Shown here one piece after another: positions 55,719 to 63,646 of a stretch of 64,000 nt of DNA. The notes below the pieces were generated by a model. It was not told where the DNA came from, searched no databases, and was given only the letters and a program-made list of their open reading frames with translations. The DNA is from a virus, in the IMG/VR virus record IMGVR_UViG_3300019776_000961, positions 64,001 through 128,000 of that record. One strand, written 5' to 3'. Made by a program: the position numbers and the translations under genes. Each line of letters starts with the position of its first letter. The first letter of the stretch is position 1.

Positions 55719-56410
55719 AGTGTAAAGAACGGAGAGTTAACAGCGAAATATCCGACTGTTGTTAGACCTTCGCTTGTAATTAGATAAAGGGAGCCCTCTT
55801 CAAGAGGGGTAAATTTCTTGTATTGAAGAGATGAAAAATTGTTAGTAAGAAAATCAGCATAAAGCGTGCTGCCTGATCTAGCAAGATAGATATGACCAGT
55901 TGGCTTGTGAAATATCCAAAGACCAAATGTACCTTTTAATTTAGAAAGAGCCCCTGTTATAACATCAATTTCTTCATTACCTTCATTTGATAATTGATTC
56001 AAAAGTGCTGGTATAACTGAACTATCAACTTCATTAAATGACTGCTTATTGGGTAGACTTTTCTGTATTTCTAAGTAATTTGTCAATACACCGTTATGTG
56101 CTACAATCCAATCACCATATGAAAATGGATGTGATGTAGAGGGGTCAAACTCGCGTACACTACTCGTCGGGGCTTGAGTATGTCCGAGAAAGAATTTAAT
56201 ATCATCTATACCAATCTCACACTCATCACTGGTAAAAGATTCGTTTTTGTTTAAAACAATTTCACCCGACGATCTTATTGTTATTAAATTTTTAGCTACC
56301 TTAGGATCGCATACATAAAGTGAACCGTAAGCAAAATTTCCTCTTTGCTTACATTCATCATATAGCTTCTTATACGTACCAAATTCACTGGACCCAAATA
56401 TTGCGCACAT
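55715..56410 (-). CDS. Class II (Ntn) glutamine amidotransferase-like protein, stand-alone
   Basis: N-terminal MC(AIFG) nucleophile, RG, GHT.APT, HPF, HNG and VDS. Confidence 0.85.
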   Translation of the reverse strand: MCAIFGSSEFGTYKKLYDECKQRGNFAYGSLYVCDPKVAKNLITIRSSGEIVLNKNESFTSDECEIGIDDIKFFLGHTQAPTSSVREFDPSTSHPFSYGDWIVAHNGVLTNYLEIQKSLPNKQSFNEVDSSVIPALLNQLSNEGNEEIDVITGALSKLKGTFGLWIFHKPTGHIYLARSGSTLYADFLTNNFSSLQYKKFTPLEEGSLYLITSEGLTTVGYFAVNSPFFTL

Positions 56411-56464
56411 TTTATTATACTCTCCTCTGATATATTATACTAAGAGAATAAATAATTCAAGCAT

Positions 56465-57385
56465 ATGAATCGTGATATCCACCTTATTTTTGAAGCATAC
56501 CGCCAGAAGCGCATAGATGAAATGGCTCTTCGTGTAAAAGGCGAGGGAGACCCAGTACAGGCATTAGTAGCTGCCATCAAGCAAGGTCTAGAAGAGAGAG
56601 GTAAGAACAACGATACATATCTCTTTAAAGGACTCACAGGTGAGGCATTAGACAAGCGCATAAGTGAGCTCGTTGTACCTATCATTAATGATCTATTCCC
56701 AAATGGGACATATGAAGGTAAAGGTATAGAAAAAGATTTAGTAAAACTTGAGCGTGATATCATGGAAAAACTTGCTGCAAGTAATCCAAGAGCAAAATCA
56801 CAATATACAGCAAGAATTCTTAGAAGTTTTATTGCAGCGGTTGTAGATGAAGTGGAGAGCAATGTAGAGAGCGGTGAAACAATTGAAGCAGCTGCAGATG
56901 ATATCGCTGATGCGGTATCTGATGCTACAGATAAATCAGAAGAAGTAGCGCAAACAGCTCCTTCAGGTGAAGCAGCGCCAGCGAGTGATGCAGGTGCAGC
57001 TACAAGTGGTGATAAGCTTACAGTAAGAATAGAGCAGTTGCTAGCTAACGGTGTTGACGATAGTGGTATTTTAACAAAGTATCTCGTTGATGACGTTGTT
57101 CAAGAAATTCGTGACAGTGGAGGTCTTGGTCTCAAGGAAGGTGAAGATAAGAGAAAAGTGGAAATTGTTCTCAAGGATCTTGTTAATAAGCAAATTTTTG
57201 AAAAGAAGGGTGATTACGTAAAGCTCGGTAAAAACTTTGAAAAGTTTGAAGCTGGTGGTAGTGATTCCTCCACTCTTTCAGATGAAGATGTAATAAGGCA
57301 TTATACTGGTCTCGGTACAGCAAACAAGACAAGCAGACAGGCCTGGGGCGGTGAAGGTAGTGCGATGAGTAGCTACTTCGGTTAA
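56465..57385 (+). CDS. Late hypothetical protein with an Ala/Asp linker and possible C-terminal winged helix
   Basis: 306 aa; TAAATA upstream; VEIVLKDLVNKQIFEKKGDYVKLG is wHTH-like; opposite strand to the flanking replication genes. Confidence 0.75.
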   Translation: MNRDIHLIFEAYRQKRIDEMALRVKGEGDPVQALVAAIKQGLEERGKNNDTYLFKGLTGEALDKRISELVVPIINDLFPNGTYEGKGIEKDLVKLERDIMEKLAASNPRAKSQYTARILRSFIAAVVDEVESNVESGETIEAAADDIADAVSDATDKSEEVAQTAPSGEAAPASDAGAATSGDKLTVRIEQLLANGVDDSGILTKYLVDDVVQEIRDSGGLGLKEGEDKRKVEIVLKDLVNKQIFEKKGDYVKLGKNFEKFEAGGSDSSTLSDEDVIRHYTGLGTANKTSRQAWGGEGSAMSSYFG

Positions 57386-58101
57386 ACCTTACCAAGTAAG
57401 TGATCCCAGGGAATCGCTCTTGAATATTTGACAGGATCCTCTATACCTGCATCGATAAATCCTTTTAGTCTCAATGCACAAGCAGTGCATTCGCCACATG
57501 CTTCCTCTTTTCCTTCGTAGCATGTCCACGTCCTACTGAAGTCAACACCAAGAGATTGACCAAGTTCAATAATCTCTTTCTTTGATTTATCAATGAGAGG
57601 TGCTTCAACTGTAATCTTATTGCGACGGTTCAGAGATGTAACTTTGTTAATTACATCCATAAACTCCGGTGAACCGTCCCAGAACCCAGCTACGCTATCT
57701 GCTTGTGCAGCTCCATGATACACAGTATTAGCGCCAACACTTTCAGCAAATGAACATGCAATACTAAGTAGCATCATATTCCTAAACGGAACATAATTAA
57801 CTGTTTGTGGGTCACCCATTACATCTTTTGCCTTCGCAACATCGATATTTCTATCAAGAAGAGCTGAATTCTTTATAAGACTAAAGAATGGTAACTGCAT
57901 GGTTGTATTAAAACAAACATTTTGCTCATCTTCTTTTTCTCTTATAGAGTTAATTTGATATTCAGCACATTCAAGTTCTTTAATATGTCTTTGACCGTAA
58001 TCAAAAGATAATGCATACACATCCTTAAACTTCGATGCTGCAAGGTGAAGCAGAACGGTAGAGTCCATTCCACCTGAGATCGGTACAACTACTTTACTCA
58101 T
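57382..58101 (-). CDS. queC: 7-cyano-7-deazaguanine synthase QueC
   Basis: SGGMDS, FDYGQRH, YVPFRN and TWTCY...CGECTACALR zinc motif. Confidence 0.95.
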   Translation of the reverse strand: MSKVVVPISGGMDSTVLLHLAASKFKDVYALSFDYGQRHIKELECAEYQINSIREKEDEQNVCFNTTMQLPFFSLIKNSALLDRNIDVAKAKDVMGDPQTVNYVPFRNMMLLSIACSFAESVGANTVYHGAAQADSVAGFWDGSPEFMDVINKVTSLNRRNKITVEAPLIDKSKKEIIELGQSLGVDFSRTWTCYEGKEEACGECTACALRLKGFIDAGIEDPVKYSRAIPWDHLLGKV

Positions 58102-59230
58102 TTGTAGTTAATTCTTCAAGCTCATCCTGCTCAGTAACCTGTTGATTACTCGCGTATTTGTAATCATTTTCAAGATGCTTATCGATCTCTGGTATCAGGA
58201 AATCTTCAAAGAATGAAAGATCTTTTACGAAGTTCTTTGCATAACCGAGCTTATCACCTTTCTTATATTTGCCGCTATCAATACCTACTACATAGGTGGA
58301 TCCGGTTTGTTCGATAATACCGCGTGCAGTTGCCATTTGTAGAAGACCGCTGTATTTGTTTAGGCCTGACTTAAATGATAGATACATCTCTGCTTCGAGG
58401 AAAGGTGGTACAAAGCGATTCTTAACAGTAAGAGCTCTAATAGTAGTACCAGAGTATTTGTTAGCCTCAGCAAGCTTAGATGTATCTACAGCACCTGCAT
58501 CACCCTCGCCTTCCTTTTCATTCCTCTTTGCAAGCTGAACGAGAATACTTGCCATATAAACAGGTCCTGATCCACCTGATTGTGTCTTAACAAGAGATGG
58601 GAACATTGCTCCTGGATCTGCGTATGTGTGATTGGTGAATATAATAGTAACACCAGCCTTACCTGCCTTATATGTAAGAGTACGCAGCATCGACTTAAGA
58701 GACTTAGCTCTTAATCCCATATCAGCTGCAGACTTATCTTTTGCAATATCATCGATTTCCTTCTGTGAAGAAAGGTTACCAAGACTATCAATACTAATAA
58801 TGAACTTACCGTTTTGTTTCGACTCTATTACACTATCAAGAAATGCGGATATTTGATTACGACATTGATCTACAGTATAGACAGGTACATACTTTGTCTT
58901 GCTTGCATCGAGACCAACGCCTTTTGTTGAGCTCTCATCAATAGCGAACTCTGTATCAAAGATAACTGGATACACACCTTGCTTTTGAGCATTAGCAAGA
59001 ATCTTATTAACAATAAACGTCTTACCTGTCATAGACTCTCCTGAGAATCCTACAATACGCCCTTTAGGAATCCCACCCTTACGGCAGCTGCCGCCGAGAA
59101 TTGCATTAAGTGCATAACAACCTGTATCGTACCAGGTATCAACATTAGATAGAGCGTTTTCATCTAGCATTGATGCTTCGCTATTCATTGCATCAAGCTT
59201 CTTAAAAATATTATCAATTTCTTTACTCAT
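58094..59230 (-). CDS. uvsX: RecA-like recombinase UvsX
   Basis: DTGCYALNAIL, GESMTGKT, FDTE, IDSLGNL, MGLRAK, NHTY and KNRF. Confidence 0.93.
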   Translation of the reverse strand: MSKEIDNIFKKLDAMNSEASMLDENALSNVDTWYDTGCYALNAILGGSCRKGGIPKGRIVGFSGESMTGKTFIVNKILANAQKQGVYPVIFDTEFAIDESSTKGVGLDASKTKYVPVYTVDQCRNQISAFLDSVIESKQNGKFIISIDSLGNLSSQKEIDDIAKDKSAADMGLRAKSLKSMLRTLTYKAGKAGVTIIFTNHTYADPGAMFPSLVKTQSGGSGPVYMASILVQLAKRNEKEGEGDAGAVDTSKLAEANKYSGTTIRALTVKNRFVPPFLEAEMYLSFKSGLNKYSGLLQMATARGIIEQTGSTYVVGIDSGKYKKGDKLGYAKNFVKDLSFFEDFLIPEIDKHLENDYKYASNQQVTEQDELEELTTNE

Positions 59231-59238
59231 ATATAAAG

Positions 59239-59266
59239 AGTATACTACCTAGATTTTAATTATCAA
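59239..59266 (-). promoter_or_regulatory. Sigma70-like early promoter (uvsX-queC)
   Basis: TTGATA-N16-TATACT, then 8 nt, then ATG at 59230. Confidence 0.65.
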
Positions 59267-59267
59267 T

Positions 59268-59298
59268 AAAAAAAAGCGGTGAATATATTCACCGCTTT
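59268..59298 (-). terminator. Rho-independent terminator (perfect 26-bp palindrome plus T-run on the minus strand)
   Basis: AAAGCGGTGAA-TATA-TTCACCGCTTT at 59273-59298, with an A-run at 59268-59275. Confidence 0.8.
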
Positions 59299-59329
59299 AA
59301 AAAACGCAGATGTTTTTGTAATTTTTTTT

Positions 59330-59704
59330 CTACTCGTCAAAAAGCTTGACAACCTTTTGATCGTTAGCTGCAGCTGCTGGCTGAATTACAGAAGGCTCAG
59401 CAAAGAGCTTTGAGTACTGATCAACGAGTCGTTGATCGTTTTCAATATTAAGACCGACGACAACTGAGGCATAATGGAACTTCCACTTCGTACCCTCTGT
59501 CTTATTCTTCTCGCTAACAAAGTCACGGAAGTAAAGAGGTATAGTCTGAACGTTAAGCTGACCCTGCTGGGTAGGCTGTACGTGAATGATTGCTGGATTC
59601 TTAACGACAAAAGAAGCACCATTGTCTACGTCCTCAACGAACTCGGCAAGAAGGGTGCGACCAATGTGATCAACGAATGTAATGATGTTAGGTGTATCGC
59701 TCAT
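59330..59704 (-). CDS. Hypothetical protein, possible Sm/SH3-like beta barrel
   Basis: IITFVDHIGRTLLAEF...VVKNPAIIHV; between the polymerase gene and uvsX. Confidence 0.6.
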   Translation of the reverse strand: MSDTPNIITFVDHIGRTLLAEFVEDVDNGASFVVKNPAIIHVQPTQQGQLNVQTIPLYFRDFVSEKNKTEGTKWKFHYASVVVGLNIENDQRLVDQYSKLFAEPSVIQPAAAANDQKVVKLFDE

Positions 59705-59713
59705 ATTTCTTAT

Positions 59714-59741
59714 ATATTACTATTATTTTTATAAAAATCAA
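59714..59741 (-). promoter_or_regulatory. Sigma70-like early promoter
   Basis: TTGATT-N16-TAATAT, then 9 nt, then ATG at 59704. Confidence 0.5.
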
Positions 59742-59742
59742 C

Positions 59743-62379
59743 TTATATACCAAGTAAATCAAATAAATCTGTTTGTAATTGCTGACTAGGTGCTTTAATA
59801 CGCCATCCGACAGTATCATAGAGCCTTTCTACTGCAGAAAGAACAATCTTATCAAAGATAAGTTCATAATCAGGTTCAAATATCTCAGCGAACTCTTTAG
59901 GGTATTCGTACTTGTAAGCAATTTCTGATATACCGTATTTGTTCGGTTTACGTACAGCAAAAGATTTTAACTTATCACCTGAACCGAGCTTTTCATATTT
60001 GCGCTCAATATTAAATTTATCGACAAGTAGATTGTAAAAATAAGCAGCCTTTACATGATGTGGCATTCTTTTAACTGTCTGAAAGCCATTGCAATGGCGT
60101 GCGTATTTTTCATAATCAGTAATACCTGATACTGATGCAATATCGTCGACAGATAGTGATTTGAATTCTTCATATGTCTTCATGAAGGCCTTATCCGTCT
60201 CCTCTTTAGACTTTGTCAGTAGCATCGTTTCAACAATATTTTTTACATGCACCTTAATTGTAGCAGGCATTGTTGTGCGTACTACTTCCACACCTGTATA
60301 CTTAAACTTACTACATGGTATACCTTCATCATCTAATACATGCAGGATATAGCGTTTCTTCTTTAAAAAGACACCCACATCAGCGATCTTCTCTCGCTTA
60401 AAGTTTAACCTGCAGTCATTAGAGCCGAGCGATCGTGTACCCCACTCCTGAATATTCTTATTGAGATATTGTTCTATCTCCTTTACTGCATCATAATATT
60501 CAGACGTAATCTTACCATCCTTTCCAACCATCTTAATACCAAGCTTGTTAACAAGATGCTTTACTGAGATGTATGAGCTATCGGTGTCGTTATAGATAAC
60601 AGGGTTGTCCTTCTGAATATCATCATCTGTTAATTGTGCCTTATCCTTGATGTAATCAATAAGCAATTTGTTGGATTGTTTGATAGCAGCCTGACCAGTT
60701 AAAGTAATAGACTCAGCAAGCTCATCGTCACCGAGAGGGCTATGCTTGTTACCAAAGTATCCATAAATTGTATTAATTAGAATCTTAATTGTATGCTGTG
60801 TGATATTAAGATAGTCGATTTGATCTTCTAAATCTTTATACTCAGCTGTACCCTTAGTAAGGGTAAGAATCTTTCTTTTCGCTTTGGATAGTTGTGTTTT
60901 TACTTCAACACGCTTTTTATAAAAGTGATCAACAGCTTCAGGAATGATACCTCTTTCTTTCTGTGAAAAAAGAACATATGCTCTCGAAACTGCTACATTT
61001 TCTTGCTTAATAAATGATGCAAACTTCTCTTTCGTGAGAGTGTATTCTGATCCATTTACATGCCTGATAGTAAGCTTACCGTCATCTGTATATTCAATCT
61101 CTCTCCTATCATTATTATTCTCATCTTTCCATTTACTGTGAACAATAGTACCGATTTTTGTCTCAGGAGAAAGATTGAGAGTAATCATCACGTTTGGGTA
61201 CAGACTATTAGCATCGAACGATACAATATGTTCCTGGAATCCAGGCTGCGGGTCACCAACGTATGCACCTGCATTCTGCTCTCCGCCTTCTATTACATCT
61301 TTCTTAAATGTAGGTATTCGTTGCCCTCTTCCACGAGCTCTAATAGCAGCAAGACCGGTAATAACACTTAGTGATCCTAGTGCTCCCTCAAACGTTGTGA
61401 GACCAGCATATGCAATAAAACGAAGCAATTGTATATATTTTAACTTTCGCTCCATCTTAACAAGAAGGTTAACGTCCTGAATGTTATATTCAATAAACAG
61501 ATCCCAGTTATCATCAGACAGTGTTGCGAGGTCTGTATCACCGTAATCAATCTTTGTTTCTTCAAGCTCAATCTCACCGATATAGCCTAATTTATATGAC
61601 TCACGCAATACAGGACAAAAACGTCTGTAGATTTGCATATAGTCAACACACGATACACCTTCAATATGCCATCGTGTTTGCTCACGACCGAACTTACCCA
61701 TAAACTTACGAGAACGGATTCTACCTATAGGTGATAGCCTTTTTGCTGCATCTTCACCGAGTATGCGTGTAATTCGATTAATGATATACGGCATATCGAA
61801 GAACTCACTATTCCATCCAGATAGAATATCAGGGTAATCATTGCAAAAATAATCGAGAAATTTATTAAGCAAGTCTTTTTCTGTTTTACATGCAATATAT
61901 GTTACATTGTCAAAGCTTTTCTTGCATTGCTTTGATCCCCAGGTTATAAATTTTTCAGTTAATGTATCATAAATTGTGATAACGTTAATAGGATGATTAG
62001 CTGTTTCAATATCAGGGAATGCGTCTGGGCTATATGTCTCAATATCGAGAAAATAAACCTTAAGAGGATATTTAGAAAAATCAGGCGTCTCGTTATTCTG
62101 ACCAAATTGATCAATAAGGAACTGTTGTTGAACACTTAAATTTTCAAAGACACGTACTATATCGTTATCTTTTAGATACTGTGATCTTTCTGCCTGATGG
62201 TTAAATTTTTTCTTACGAAGCTTTGTATTGAAGATACTCATACAGTCTTCGTTATGTGTTGTTTCTACATAAATGTACGGCTCAAAAGATGTATCGTATG
62301 ATACACGATTACCATTCTCGTCCCAGGAGAATAGACGCATGGATTGCTCACGCGGTAAATATGCTACGTTTCTATACAC
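59743..62379 (-). CDS. gp43: DNA polymerase family B, T4 gp43-like
   Basis: Exo I DIET, Exo II GWNSEFFD, Exo III YNIQDV, SFDANSLYP, KILINTIYG and YNDTDS; GTG start; uninterrupted. Confidence 0.97.
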   Translation of the reverse strand: MYRNVAYLPREQSMRLFSWDENGNRVSYDTSFEPYIYVETTHNEDCMSIFNTKLRKKKFNHQAERSQYLKDNDIVRVFENLSVQQQFLIDQFGQNNETPDFSKYPLKVYFLDIETYSPDAFPDIETANHPINVITIYDTLTEKFITWGSKQCKKSFDNVTYIACKTEKDLLNKFLDYFCNDYPDILSGWNSEFFDMPYIINRITRILGEDAAKRLSPIGRIRSRKFMGKFGREQTRWHIEGVSCVDYMQIYRRFCPVLRESYKLGYIGEIELEETKIDYGDTDLATLSDDNWDLFIEYNIQDVNLLVKMERKLKYIQLLRFIAYAGLTTFEGALGSLSVITGLAAIRARGRGQRIPTFKKDVIEGGEQNAGAYVGDPQPGFQEHIVSFDANSLYPNVMITLNLSPETKIGTIVHSKWKDENNNDRREIEYTDDGKLTIRHVNGSEYTLTKEKFASFIKQENVAVSRAYVLFSQKERGIIPEAVDHFYKKRVEVKTQLSKAKRKILTLTKGTAEYKDLEDQIDYLNITQHTIKILINTIYGYFGNKHSPLGDDELAESITLTGQAAIKQSNKLLIDYIKDKAQLTDDDIQKDNPVIYNDTDSSYISVKHLVNKLGIKMVGKDGKITSEYYDAVKEIEQYLNKNIQEWGTRSLGSNDCRLNFKREKIADVGVFLKKKRYILHVLDDEGIPCSKFKYTGVEVVRTTMPATIKVHVKNIVETMLLTKSKEETDKAFMKTYEEFKSLSVDDIASVSGITDYEKYARHCNGFQTVKRMPHHVKAAYFYNLLVDKFNIERKYEKLGSGDKLKSFAVRKPNKYGISEIAYKYEYPKEFAEIFEPDYELIFDKIVLSAVERLYDTVGWRIKAPSQQLQTDLFDLLGI

Positions 62380-62385
62380 ACTACA

Positions 62386-62413
62386 AGTATAAAAACTGCT
62401 CGATAGAAATCAA
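62386..62413 (-). promoter_or_regulatory. Sigma70-like early promoter (DNA polymerase)
   Basis: TTGATT-N16-TATACT, then 6 nt, then GTG at 62379. Confidence 0.65.
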
Positions 62414-63633
62414 GCTATGATACCGTTAATAGGGTTAAGAAGCTTACGCTGTGGATCACCGTGCGGTAAAGTATAGAGTTCTACATACTTGTCGATATTG
62501 TTATCGTTCTCAAGCCAGCGTAACTCTGCTGTCTTTCGTGCTTTTGTCGAAAGATTCATATAACGGCCCTTCTTTGAAAGAATGTCGTCAAGTTGATCAA
62601 TCATCTCATCGCCTGTATTGAACTTAAATGGTGCATCTTCATATGTACAAAGGTCCTGACATACAATCGGTATACCATAACAATTTGCTTCAACTAGCTT
62701 TAGATCACTCTTAGCTTTGTTAAATGTATTATTCTGCAACGGTGCTACCATAGCATTGACTCTCAATGTATGAATCTTCTCTGGGTATGTATATAATCTC
62801 TCCCAAGGGTGGAACTCAGCTTCACCAGAAGTAATCATGTGCTGTAAAGGTAGAGGATAGGCACCGAGGAATACCCATTGATATTTGTGCTTTGTAGCTT
62901 CAATTACACGGCACACATGCGCAAAATCATCGTTTTGACCGACGCGATTATCTACATCGAAGTGAGCACCTGACCCTGCGTAGAGAATTCTCGGCTTCTT
63001 TTTGCTTATATCATAATTTTCAGAAATACGCTTTTCATTATAATAATTACCCATCCAGAATTTCGGTGGGTAGTTTGGTATGACAGTAATGTTTTTATTA
63101 CCTGTCTTACTCATATAATAATCTTTCATGAAATCACATGTAACAGTAATCTCGTCGCACATTTCCATAATTGCCTGTGCATGCTGACGAATCTCAGGAT
63201 CTGTAAACGCAGGCTTAAATTTATTATAATCAGGAATATCTTCACTAAAGACCAAATCATCAATTTCATAGATTAGTCGGAAACCGAATTCTCTACTCAA
63301 CTGTTTTAGAAATTCTACAAACTTACGTTGATGTATAGTAGCTTGACGTTGAATGCGTACAGCTTTTGTACCCCTAAAATAATTAGGATCAAAACTCATA
63401 ACAGTACTTCCATGTACGACTAGTTTTTGGTGAGCATTCATAATATGCTCAGGCCAAATCATTCTCCAAAAACCACACCCACTATAATCAGCATAATAAT
63501 TTATTACACGTGTAAGACCGAGCTCGGGTGGAGCAGGGAGAGTAGTAGGCTGAAGGGTTGTAGAAGCGATATTATTGCTAAAAGGAGCAGCAAACGGCGA
63601 TACAAACGGTGAAACAAAAGGAGATACGATCAT
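62410..63633 (-). CDS. Glycosyltransferase, GT-B (GT4-like)
   Basis: SGCGFWRMIWP, IYEIDDLV, ITVTCDFMKDYY, VIPN and FNKAKSDLKLVE..CYGIPIV. Confidence 0.75.
   Translation of the reverse strand: MIVSPFVSPFVSPFAAPFSNNIASTTLQPTTLPAPPELGLTRVINYYADYSGCGFWRMIWPEHIMNAHQKLVVHGSTVMSFDPNYFRGTKAVRIQRQATIHQRKFVEFLKQLSREFGFRLIYEIDDLVFSEDIPDYNKFKPAFTDPEIRQHAQAIMEMCDEITVTCDFMKDYYMSKTGNKNITVIPNYPPKFWMGNYYNEKRISENYDISKKKPRILYAGSGAHFDVDNRVGQNDDFAHVCRVIEATKHKYQWVFLGAYPLPLQHMITSGEAEFHPWERLYTYPEKIHTLRVNAMVAPLQNNTFNKAKSDLKLVEANCYGIPIVCQDLCTYEDAPFKFNTGDEMIDQLDDILSKKGRYMNLSTKARKTAELRWLENDNNIDKYVELYTLPHGDPQRKLLNPINGIIA
63583..63627 (-). repeat. 12-nt tandem repeat encoding (VSPF)x3-AAPF
   Basis: GTATCTCCTTTT / GTTTCACCGTTT / GTATCGCCGTTT / GCTGCTCCTTTT; differences among the three VSPF units are synonymous. 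Confidence 0.8.
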
Positions 63634-63646
63634 ATACTCTTACAAT

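Noticed and set aside
59743-62379. Introns or inteins in DNA polymerase, helicase, UvsX or primase
   Set aside because: All have normal length and contiguous motifs; no insertion is evident.
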